Translations under genes and position numbers: made by a program | The notes under the pieces: generated by a model | What the model was told of the DNA's origin: nothing | The model's input: only the letters and a program-made list of their open reading frames with translations | Databases searched by the model: none | Shown here: positions 18,713-27,926 of the stretch, in pieces | Layout: the number at the start of each line of letters is the position of its first letter | Position numbering within the stretch: the first letter of the stretch is position 1 | Assembly (NCBI GenBank): GCA_965219095.1 | Contig: OZ244719.1 | Coordinates: forward strand, 459,071 to 523,070 | Origin: Bdellovibrionales bacterium | GTDB lineage: Bacteria > Bdellovibrionota > Bdellovibrionia > Bdellovibrionales > UBA1609 | Length of the DNA: 64,000 nt | Direction of reading: 5' to 3'

Positions 18713-20245
18713 GTAACTGCTCACCTACATTGTTCAGTTATCCCTAACTTTAGACCTGTTTTAAGATAAAAGTCTTGCTCTTACAGATTTTCTTTTAAAT
18801 ACTTTTTTCAAATGACAATAAATAAGACCTCCATCAGAAATGAGATTAAAAATATAAGAAGTGACTTTGATAAGTTTGCAAAGAAAGGTTCTGTGCCTAC
18901 TGAGATTTCTGTGATTGTTGAATCTCTCTTTAAGGTTGTGAACATTCTGATTGTTGTGTTTTTAGAAAAACAGGTTCGAAAAAATTCCAGCAACAGCGGT
19001 CTTCCTCCTTCGCAAGATTTTAGTCGTCAAGGGAATCGTAATAAGAAAGCTAGTGGGAGTCAGAAAAAGGGCTCTAGACTTGATAACAGTAAAGATACAA
19101 ACAGTGAGGAGACTGTCTCTCCCTCAGAGTGTTCTCAGTGTGGGATGTGTTTAAAGACAGCAGAGGTAAAAAGCCTTGAGAAGCGTAAAAAGATTGATAT
19201 TTTTTATGAAATTCAGACCCATACTGTAACTTCTGAAGTTAAGGATTGTCCCTCATGTGGAGCTAGAAATAAAGGTCAATTCCCTAAAGGTATGAGTGGT
19301 CCTCTTCAGTATGGTGTAGGCATTAGAGCTTCCATCATCAATTTCATTATAGTTCAGATGCTGTCTTTTAGAGCGTGTTGGGGAACATTACATGGGGCTT
19401 ATAGGTCGAATGATTTCTCCTGCAGTTATGTTGAGATACATTGCTGAATTAGGAGAGTTTCTTAAAAGTTGGGAAGAGCAGATGAAAGAAAAGATACTTG
19501 AATCAGAGGTCATTCATGTTGATGAGACCTCTATGAGGGTTAAGGGTAAAAACTACTGGATTCATACTTATAGTTCAGGAGAATTAGTCTTGCAGTTTCT
19601 CCACCTTTCAGGTGGAAGGGAAGCCATAAAAGATATTGGTCTCTTGGATAGATATGCAGGAGTGCTTGTGCATGATTGTTGGAGTCCTTACTTTTGTTAT
19701 GATAAGATAACTCATGCTTTGTGTGTGGCTCACCTTTTGAGAGAGCTTAAATTTATAGAAGAAAGCAATGGATTCAAATGGGCTACAAATCTCAAAAAAC
19801 TTCTTAAAGAGACTGTGGAGTTAGTTCATAAAAAAGAGTCAAGAGTTCTGACTCAAAAAGAGTACGAAACTCTTCAGAGAAGGTATAGGAGTATTCTTAC
19901 AAAAGGCTTAAAAGAGCTTCCAGAATTTCCTAAGAAAAATGGCAAGAAAGGACGAATAAAGCATACACAAGCTCAAAACCTTTGGCTGCGATTTAAAAAG
20001 TATGAAGCAGAAATACTGTGTTTTGCTAAAAGAAAGAACGTAGATCCTACTAATAACAGAGCTGAAAGAGATCTAAGAATGACTAAAGTGAAAAAGAAAG
20101 TGTCAGGGTGTTTCAGAACAGAAGAAATGGCGAAATATTTTTGTCGTATTACCAGCTATGTTAAAACAATGAGAAATAGAGGGTATTCTTCTTTAGAAGC
20201 CATCTCTATGGCTTTAAATAAAAACTTACGAGAGTGAGCAGTTAC
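18713..20245 (+). mobile_element. IS66-family insertion sequence (single-ORF type) with 8-bp target duplication
   Basis: Terminal inverted repeats GTAACTGCTCAC (18713) and GTGAGCAGTTAC (ends 20245). Flanked by direct AAAAAACC at 18705-18712 and 20246-20253. The uninterrupted target is visible in the paralogous copy at about 44005. Confidence 0.85.
18812..20237 (+). pseudogene. IS66-family transposase, frameshifted
   Basis: CPSCG zinc-finger motif, DETSMRV, HDCWSPY, CVAHLLREL and TNNRAERDLR. Two overlapping frames (18812-19447 and 19392-20237). Confidence 0.8.
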
Positions 20246-20330
20246 AAAAAACCAAGCTATTGTTTTCATATATGCACATTTTTAAGAATCTGTTTGAAAG
20301 AAATACACACTTGAATGCTGTTTGAATGTT

Positions 20331-20460
20331 GCAGATCTGTTACAAATTTGCATATTTGTTACAAATGTAACAGATCTGTTACAAAATTGCATATTTGTTA
20401 CAAATGTAACAGATCTGTTACAAATGTATCGGATTCAGCAAATTTGTAACAAATATGCAA
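20331..20460. repeat. GTTACAAAT iteron/palindrome array (module 2 copy, one extra 41-bp unit)
   Basis: Repeated TTGCATATTTGTTACAAATGTAACAGATCTGTTACAAA units. AACAGATCTGTT is a perfect palindrome. The outer 19-bp inverted repeat is TTGCATATTTGTTACAAAT / ATTTGTAACAAATATGCAA. Confidence 0.8.
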
Positions 20461-20564
20461 CTTTTCAAAAAAAAACAAGAAAAACCTTTTTTTTCATTTA
20501 AAACTTTATTGTAGCAAAAGGTTTTATAAAAGAGTCCTTTTTATAAAACCAAAAAGAAAGGAGT

Positions 20565-21301
20565 ATGTATGAAGCAAAAAACAAAAAAAGAGTTCTTATG
20601 AAGATAGAAGCACCTCAAAACCTTGTAAGCTTAAAAGCTCAAATCCAGACCCTTACTTCTCCAGAATTTAGAAACTCCTCTATACATGAAGAAAAAGAAA
20701 TCGATCTCCTGGATGTTATGAAAAAAAATCAAATAGCCTATTTCCAGTTGAATTTAAACAGCTATGGTTTTTTAGGTAAGAAAATCGGTAAAATTCTAGT
20801 TCAAGATCTAAAGGTTATAAGCTCTCAGATTCAATCAGGACAAGTGGATTTTAAGCCTTTACTTTTAGGGGTCTTGATTGATGAATTTGGATCTTTTGCT
20901 ACACCTGATTTTTCAGATTTTTTAAAGCAAGTAAGATCTGCTGGTACAGGAGTTCACTTATTTTGCCAAGGCTTAGCTGATTTAAATGTTGTAAGTCAGA
21001 GTTTTAGCAATCAAGTGTTGGGAAGTGCGGCCACTAAAATCATACTTCGACAAGATGTGAAGAGGACTCTCGAAAAATGGGCTTTTACAGTTGTCACTAG
21101 GGGCACTGTAGGTAGGAGTTTTCAGGTCAGTGAACGCATTCTGGGGAACTTAAAAAAACAGGCTTAGGGAATCTTTTGGAGACCAAAAAAATGAAGATCG
21201 AACATGATGTTTTTAAGAGCTTAAAAGTAGGTCAGGCTGTACTCATTGATAAGATCAAAACCTCACAAGATTTGTTTCAAATTTTTAGCTTAAAGGAGTG
21301 A
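20565..21301 (+). pseudogene. T4CP (TraD/VirD4-like) gene lacking the N-terminal half, frameshifted near the 3' end
   Basis: Aligns to residues of about 290-531 of the 37447-39042 protein (QIAYFQLNLNSYG, LIDEFGSFAT, GVHLFCQGLADL). The Walker A part is absent. The C-terminal KMKIEHDVFKSLKVGQAVLIDK is in another frame (21171-21301). Confidence 0.75.
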
Positions 21302-21366
21302 GCTTTATGAGTAGTTTTAAAAAAATTCTGGAATTTTCTTATAGTGCTAAAAACATGTCTTGCATG

Positions 21367-21529
21367 CACCCCCTTTCCTTTTCCCTTTGTCTTTATACAC
21401 CCAACTCTGCTAAAACCTTCGGTTTTCACCGTGACCACCCTCTCCCGCTCATACTTTTTTTAGTATGGGAGAGGGTGGTCACGGTACCACAGAGTTGGGT
21501 GTATAGATGTGGGAAGAGGAAAGGGGGGT
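21367..21529. repeat. Nested long palindrome (module 2 copy), oriT-like
   Basis: Outer arms CCCCCTTTCCTTTTCCC..TATACACCCAACTCTG / CAGAGTTGGGTGTATA..GGGAAGAGGAAAGGGGGG. Inner arms CCGTGACCACCCTCTCCC(gctc)ATACT / AGTATGGGAGAGGGTGGTCACGG. Confidence 0.8.
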
Positions 21530-21851
21530 GTGAGAGGAGGAAAAAATAGAGAAAATTTTTAGAACTTTTAAATTAAAAATTTTCTCTATCAGGTTAAAAA
21601 ATTTTTGTTTTTTTAAGTTTAACTTGAGTTTTTTTAATGGCCGAGAAAGGAGTAAAAAAAAAGGTCAAAAAACAAATAACAAATCAATCATGAAAGGAGT
21701 AGCATAATGCAAAGCAAGAAAAGTAAAATTTACGACACTTTTTTGAGTGCGTAAATTCATCATATTCAGTGAGGAAAAGTCAGAGTTCTTAGAAGAAACC
21801 AAATGAGGAAGTTTTTTAAGCTTCTTCGCCATATTTTGAAAGGAGAAAAAA

Positions 21852-22109
21852 ATGGATAAAAAAGAATTGAAACCAATTAAAAAAGGTAGTAGTTTAGAGA
21901 ACACTATTCGCCCTCAAAAAAAGGGCCTGTTCTTTGACAATTTAATAACCGTAGAGGAATTAGCCTTAGCGTTTGGGCTGTCTCCTAGAACGATTAAAAA
22001 TTGGGTGAGTTTAAGACAAATCCCCTTTATTCAGTTCAGAAGAAGGACTTACTTTCTTAAAGACAGTATCCATAGATGGCTTCAACAAAAGGAGAAATCA
22101 TGTCAATAA
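21852..22109 (+). CDS. Excisionase-type HTH DNA-binding protein (module 2)
   Basis: MDKKELKPIKK...VEELALAFGLSPRTIKNWVSLRQIPFIQF. It overlaps the integrase start. Confidence 0.7.
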   Translation: MDKKELKPIKKGSSLENTIRPQKKGLFFDNLITVEELALAFGLSPRTIKNWVSLRQIPFIQFRRRTYFLKDSIHRWLQQKEKSCQ

Positions 22110-23275
22110 CCAAACGTAAAAGGAAAAATAAAATAACATATCAAGCAGAAATTTATGTAAGAGGAATTCGTCTGAAAGCAAAAAGCTTTCAAACAAAAAC
22201 AGAAGCCTGTATATGGCACGATAAGGAAAAAAAACGTCTTCAAGAAGGAAGAGTTTCTCTTCAAGAAGAGTTAAGAGAACTTTTCTTTGAAGACTGTGTG
22301 AGAAGGTATCTTAAAGAGTATGTTCCTACTTTAAGAGATTCCAGTCAAAAGAAGATTCAACTTCTTTGCGAGAGGTTTTTTCTACAAAGTCCTTTAGCAA
22401 AAACAAAAATGTCAGATATAGACCATGTCAGTATTGACACTTGGATTGACTGGCTTTTTAGAAGCTTTAAAAACACTGTCAACCGCCATTCTTTTAGAAT
22501 AGAGTTAAGGCGTCTTGGCTCTGTTCTTCACTGGTGGAGAAACTACCTTGATCCAAGCTTTAGCTTTCCTATTGTTCGTGGTCATAGAAATCGGTGTTAT
22601 GTGAAGAAGCGAGAATCTAAGGTGAAAAGGCCAGATTACTTTGCTAAACCTGAAGAGGTGAGGGCTTGGCTTAACGAACTTAAGAAGATTCAAAACCCTG
22701 TTTATTACCGTTTAGCTCAGTTTATGATTTTAACAGGAGCGAGAGTAAGTGAAGCTTGTGGACTTATGTGGAGTGAAATTGATTTTAAGAATCGTTTTGC
22801 AAGAGTTGTTAGAACAGCTGACTGGTCTTCTGAAAAACCTCAAATTCTAGAAACCACAAAGACTAAGACTTCTGTAAGAGTTTTAACTCTTCCTGAAAAG
22901 CTCATAGAGCTTTTGTATGAAATGAAAGAGGAATCTAATAATCCTCTTGTGTTTTACTCTTCAGAAGGAAAGGTCGTTCCTTACACTACCATTCGTTGGG
23001 CCTTTGATAAGTCTTTTAAGACCTGCAATCTTCCTTGGAGAGGAACTCATATTTGCCGTCATACTTATGCCACAATGGCTTTAATGGCGACAAAAAGCCT
23101 CTCAGCTGTCCAAGCAAGTCTTGGGCATAAGGATCAAGCTATGACTCAAAGGTATGCAAAAGTGGTGGCTCTCATTAACTCGGATATGGCAGAAAAAACA
23201 GCTCAGATGTATGAAATGAACTCTTTAGGTTCATCTCCATCACGACAGATCACGACGTCTTTACAGACAAAATGA
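22100..23275 (+). CDS. Tyrosine recombinase/integrase (module 2)
   Basis: Same catalytic motifs as module 1. ATG 22100 lies behind GGAGAAATC; the ORF track allows 22076. Confidence 0.9.
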   Translation: MSITKRKRKNKITYQAEIYVRGIRLKAKSFQTKTEACIWHDKEKKRLQEGRVSLQEELRELFFEDCVRRYLKEYVPTLRDSSQKKIQLLCERFFLQSPLAKTKMSDIDHVSIDTWIDWLFRSFKNTVNRHSFRIELRRLGSVLHWWRNYLDPSFSFPIVRGHRNRCYVKKRESKVKRPDYFAKPEEVRAWLNELKKIQNPVYYRLAQFMILTGARVSEACGLMWSEIDFKNRFARVVRTADWSSEKPQILETTKTKTSVRVLTLPEKLIELLYEMKEESNNPLVFYSSEGKVVPYTTIRWAFDKSFKTCNLPWRGTHICRHTYATMALMATKSLSAVQASLGHKDQAMTQRYAKVVALINSDMAEKTAQMYEMNSLGSSPSRQITTSLQTK

Positions 23276-23481
23276 ACTTTAGGATCAAAAGGATACTGGT
23301 AGTTGAATTTTAAAATTTTTTAAAATTTAAAAAAAGAATTCTAGCAGGAACACTTGGAATGAAAAACTCACGACGGAAATCACGACTTCTCACTAAAATA
23401 GCTAAGATATCACTCATAAAGTAGAGCGTGAAAGAAGTTCTAGCAGTGGAAAGTTTAAGGGATTTTTTGAAAGTAAAAATT

Positions 23482-23509
23482 AAAACCCTCTCTAAAAAAA
23501 GAGGGTTTT
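23482..23509. terminator. Hairpin terminator between int2 and cassette D
   Basis: AAAACCCTC tctaaaaaaa GAGGGTTTT. Confidence 0.6.
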
Positions 23510-23535
23510 AAGAAAAGTTTTTTAAACTTAGAAAG

Positions 23536-23970
23536 TTAATATGCTGTTAATATTTTGTCTTGCTTGATTTCCCATTTCTGAACACTGGTTTGGCCTGAGT
23601 TCCCCTCTGCACAAGCTGTAAATTTCTGGGGATTCACACTATTATCTATTTTACATGCTGCTCTTGCAATAGCTGAAGTTTTCGTGCCTACAGTATTTTC
23701 ATGTGCCAGATCACTTGCTCCACCTGTCACACACCCTGACGGTAGTGTTGTAAGTGCAGTATTAAAGCCAATTGTGTAATGGGTTGCTCCATCAGGTTTA
23801 TCAAAACCTATGATGTTAAGATTATGGCAATACCCTGTGCTTTCATACTGAAAAGCTTTTTCTGCTGTATAAAGAGCCCCTAAGTTAGTTTTAGCTTCAC
23901 CGCTTCGTGCTTTTTTTCTAAACCCATCGAATGCAGGAATGGCAACTGCTGCAAGAATTCCTATAATCGG
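23536..23970 (-). pseudogene. Pilin cassette D: 5'-truncated PilA-type pilin, no start codon
   Basis: The minus-strand frame opens after an in-frame TAG (23971-23973) and encodes PIIGILAAVAIPAFDGFRKKARSGEAKTNLGALYTAEKAFQYE...KWEIKQDKILTAY. Only the last 64 aa follow an ATG. Confidence 0.8.
23870..23964 (-). repeat. Conserved pilin 5' core, copy D
   Basis: Reverse complement of the core. The upstream 175 bp are also shared with copy A. Confidence 0.85.
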
Positions 23971-24343
23971 CTAAAAGAGATCTGCTATGTTGTTGGAATC
24001 AGTAAAAAATAAATGAATATAAATAACTTATCCATTACTGTAAGCACCTTGATTTTCCTGAAACTTCTCGATAGTACCCACATTTTAATTATTGATCACC
24101 TACAGATCACACATAAAATTAAGGAAATAATTTATACATACTCATATGAATTACCGCTCTATCCAAGCTTAAATTTCTCTTATAAGTTTTTCTTAGAGGG
24201 AAGATTTTATGGAAGAAAGAATTAATTTAAAAGAGAAAATACAGCTTTGTCGAGAGGAGAGTTTGAACAAAAAGCTTCATCTTTGCTTCCTCCAAACTTG
24301 AAGTCCTTCTTCTTTTGTAAATTCTTTGCTATACCTGTTGGCG

Positions 24344-24970
24344 TTAGGTTTTCTGATCATTTTTTACCTTGCCATTAAGACCGACTTGTTGAAGAAATTT
24401 TTTCCAAATCAAAATAGATCGATCTATAAACTCCTTATGCTCATAAGAGTATTGTTTTTTTTCTGAATAGAAAGTGACTTTAATTACGTGGCAATCACGA
24501 GTATAATCGTATGCACGATAAAACCCTATTTTTTCGCTAAGAGATGGTTTGTTTAATTTTAGATGCTTTAATCCATTTGCAATATCTCGACAAATTAAAA
24601 ACTCTGGGAAGCAAAAAAGCATACAAGAATCTTTATTCAAGTCTTCACTTATAGATAAGTCAACATAATCCTTTAAATGGAAGCAAACTAAGACAAAGGC
24701 ATGAAGATAGTCTATTATGTCTTCAATATTTTTATCATTAGCTATACCTAAATATTCAATTCGCCATTTCCATCTTAATAAAGCCTTCCACTGAATTTTC
24801 CAATTATCTTTATCCTTACCGAAAGCCAAACCAACGTTGTGAAAGCCTGCCTCACCAGGTATCCAAACATCATCTCTTGTATCAATTGATGTGATTGTAT
24901 ATGGTGGTTTATGACCTCCTTTTTCTAATTCTCTTACGATACTCTCAATATCTTTTTTGTTTTTTTCCAT
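24344..24970 (-). CDS. Hypothetical protein
   Basis: 208-aa ORF. It contains RDIANGLKH, only loosely HEPN-like because the R-to-H spacing is 7 rather than the canonical 4-6. That is not enough for a call. Confidence 0.4.
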   Translation of the reverse strand: MEKNKKDIESIVRELEKGGHKPPYTITSIDTRDDVWIPGEAGFHNVGLAFGKDKDNWKIQWKALLRWKWRIEYLGIANDKNIEDIIDYLHAFVLVCFHLKDYVDLSISEDLNKDSCMLFCFPEFLICRDIANGLKHLKLNKPSLSEKIGFYRAYDYTRDCHVIKVTFYSEKKQYSYEHKEFIDRSILIWKKFLQQVGLNGKVKNDQKT

Positions 24971-25122
24971 TTAAAAAATTCTCATTTAAATATCTCAGAA
25001 TTAACTTATTACTGCACTGGAATTTTAATTTTTTCTATTTTTTATTTAATTTTAGCTATTCTTTTTTCTGTATATTGTCAATACAAGGGGCATTATGTTT
25101 TGTCATGAGGATTTTTTTGGTT

Positions 25123-25226
25123 ATCTTTTTTATGAAAGAACGTTAAGTTAGTTTCTTAACAGCCCTTGACTTCTACGAGGAGGATGTTTCTTAGATGCTT
25201 TTGCCCACAGATTCTCGGGAGGAGCC
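25123..25226 (+). mobile_element. Solo chimeric IS end (IS66-type terminal motif plus ISL3 right inverted repeat)
   Basis: Near-identical to 27811-27919 and ends in CCACAGATTCTCGGGAGGAGCC. Confidence 0.6.
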
Positions 25227-25681
25227 AAATAAATAAATATAAATAACTTATGCATTTCTGAAAGCGCCTTGATTTTCCTGAAACTTCTTGATAGTACCTA
25301 AACTTTAATTATTGATTACCTACAGATCACACATAAAATTAAAGATATAATTTAATCCATATTTTCTTTCTTTTTACAACTTTGAGATAATAGTCCTGTT
25401 TTGTAGCCACTCTGTGTCACTATGTTTAGAATCTCTTATGATAATTAGGGTCATTTTAATCTTGTTGTACTTGGGGGGCAAGCAATCAATAAGGTAGCTT
25501 GTATGCAACGCAAAACAACCTTTTGGTAAATAAATGCTTAATTTTAGTATCACCTTAATTTTCATAGCTTGGATGTCATTGAAAATAACGCACATGAGAA
25601 TAGATTTTTATGAGCCAAAATTTTTACTTTTGAAATAAGCATTGAAACTTTTACATAGATCAACCTAAAATAAAAATAATT

Positions 25682-25930
25682 ATGCCTCAATTAAAATATA
25701 GAGATTTACCTTGGAATTTAAAGAGAAGAATAGATGCTTCAGGGCCTATGATGCAACCAAGGAAATCTGAAAATCCCACGGTAAATGGTATTTTAAAAAG
25801 ACTAAAAACCTCTGAAGAACGAGCCTTACAAGCAAAAGCATCTGCCACCGCAAAACAAAAAAGAGATGTTATTGATCTTATTGAAAGCTACTTAGGAGAA
25901 CACAGTACATCAAGGTCTGCTGAACTTTAA
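25682..25930 (+). CDS. Hypothetical protein
   Basis: 82-aa ORF immediately upstream of the methyltransferase-like fragment. Confidence 0.3.
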   Translation: MPQLKYRDLPWNLKRRIDASGPMMQPRKSENPTVNGILKRLKTSEERALQAKASATAKQKRDVIDLIESYLGEHSTSRSAEL

Positions 25931-25933
25931 AAA

Positions 25934-26347
25934 ATGGCGAAAAAGAAGAGAAAAAAGAAACCGGCTGTTTCAAAGCCAATTGAAATTTATAAACATAAGA
26001 GTAAAAGAAAAAACAATCCTCATGTTGGAGGAGTCACCTCTAAAAGAGAAAGTCCAAAAGTTAAAGCTAAAAAATATCAGTATGACTCTCATTTAGATCC
26101 GCTACTACAGTGGGCTGGTAAAGCTGAGCGGACTTCCTTTGAAGTGCCAAGTGTATCCCTTCATGTTCATGAAAAAATTGATCCAAGAAGCATTATTGAA
26201 ACTGTAAGAAATAGAAATTCTATAGATTACGAGCAACTTTCTCTTTTTCAGAGGATGTTCCATTTCTCGGTGGAATTATTAGAGGGCGATTTCATGTTTA
26301 AGCGACCTTTCTTTGTTTTGCAATCATTTTTTCTAAGTTTTCTTTAA
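25934..26347 (+). pseudogene. N-terminal fragment of a DNA methyltransferase-like gene (type III Mod-like), truncated
   Basis: YQYDSHLDPLLQWAGKAERTSFEVPSVSLHVHEKIDPRSIIE resembles, from memory, the N-terminus of large N6/N4 methylases. Similarity stops at about 26250, where a 91-bp repeat and then an ISL3 end begin. Confidence 0.4.
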
Positions 26348-26353
26348 AGTTTT

Positions 26354-27919
26354 GGCTCCTCCAGGGAATCTGTGGGTAAAAAGTAGCTAGAAATCCCCAA
26401 AAAAGCTCATATTAGCCAAAGCAAGAGTAAGATATCCTGTCTTGTATTTTTGAGTTCTTTAAGGCCTTACTGGCCTCTATCGCCGCTGGCGATTGAACTC
26501 AAAAACATTCATTTTATTTGCTGTATTACATTAAAATCTTAAAAAAGAAGCACCTACTTCCCAGATGCCTTAAAATGTTATTCAAAAAAAAAAAAACAAA
26601 GGAGGGAAGAGATGCTTTTGAAGACTATACTAAATGATTGTTTAAAATGGAAGTCTTTTGTGTATGGAGACATTTATTTTTCAAAAGATAGAAAGTCAAT
26701 TAATGTTCCTATTAAGGCTCGTAAAAATGGCCAAGTTCTTTGTAATGTTTGTAAGAAGCCCTAGTGTATGACACCAGTAAATCATCACGGGACTTTGAAT
26801 CCCTTCCTATTTTAAGTTACAGGGTGTTCTTTGTTTATACTGTAAGAAGAGTCAATTGTCCTTGCTGTGGGGTAAAAGTTGAACATTTACCTTGGGCTGA
26901 TGGTAAGAAGAGTTTAACGATCTTTTACATGAAGTACTTAGCTGACTGGTGTCGTCACCTATCTTGGAAAGAGGTTTCTTGTAAGTTTCAGGTCAGTTGG
27001 AATCAGGTCTATGCTTCAGTGGAGTGGGTTGTAGAGTATGGTTTAAAACAGAGGGTTTTAGAGGGGATATATGCTATAGGAGTCGACGAGATACAATGGA
27101 AAAAGAACCATAAGTATCTCACCTTAGTCTATGAAATAAGCAAAGAAAGTGTTCGTTTGCTATGGATAGGAGAAAAAAGAACAGAGGAGAGTTTCAACAA
27201 GTTTTTTGATTTGCTAGGAGAGAAGTCAAAAGATATACAGTTTGTGTGTTCTGATATGTGGAAGCCCTATTTAAAAGTTATAAAGGAAAGGGCAAGTCAA
27301 GCTTTGAATATATTAGATCGCTTTCATATTGTAGCAAAACTCAATAAAGCTTTAGATGAAGTGAGAGCCTCAGAACATAGAAAAATGAAAGAAGATGGCT
27401 GTCAACCACTTTTAACAAAAGCTAGATGGCCTTTGTTAAAAAATGCAGAAAATTTAAAATCTTATGAGAAAGTAAAATTAAGGCATTTAATACAGTACAA
27501 CTTAAAAAGTATCCGCTGTTATCTTTTAAAAGAAGACTTCCGACAGTTATGGACCTATGTTTCACCAACTTGGGCTGGGAAATTTATAGACAGTTGGACG
27601 AAACGAGTCATGCTTTCAAAAATTGAACCCTTAAAGAAAGAAGCAAAAACCATACGAAGACATAAAACTCTTATCCTTAATTACTTCAAAGCTAAAAAAA
27701 CCTTCTCCTCAGGGATTGTAGAGGGTTTAAATGTAATAGTCGCAACTTGATCTGACAGTTACCCTTTCTGGGTTGATAAAAAACTGTCTGTCAGTTTGCG
27801 TTCTGTTCAATCATCTTTTTTATGAAAGAAAGAACGTAAGTTGGTTTCTTAACAGCCCTTGACTCCTACGAGGAGGATGTTTCTTAGATGCTTTTAACCA
27901 CAGATTCTCGGGAGGAGCC
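26354..27919 (+). mobile_element. Degenerate ISL3-family element
   Basis: Left IR GGCTCCTCCAGGGAATCTGTGGG and right IR CCACAGATTCTCGGGAGGAGCC. The transposase frame is broken by TAG at about 26762 and diverges from intact copies after GIVEGLN (about 27732). Confidence 0.8.
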
Positions 27920-27926
27920 GATATTT

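Noticed and set aside
20331-20460. Possible CRISPR array
   Set aside because: The repeats are contiguous or overlapping half-sites with no unique spacers, there are only 2-3 units, and no cas genes are present.
21298-21549. 83-aa ORF (also 11540-11791 minus and 45017-45268) predicted across the long palindrome
   Set aside because: It reads straight through both arms of a hairpin-forming repeat and has no convincing RBS. It is conserved only because the DNA copies are near-identical. The module-3 palindrome has an unrelated ORF (39039-39254) in the same place. It is treated as non-coding structure.
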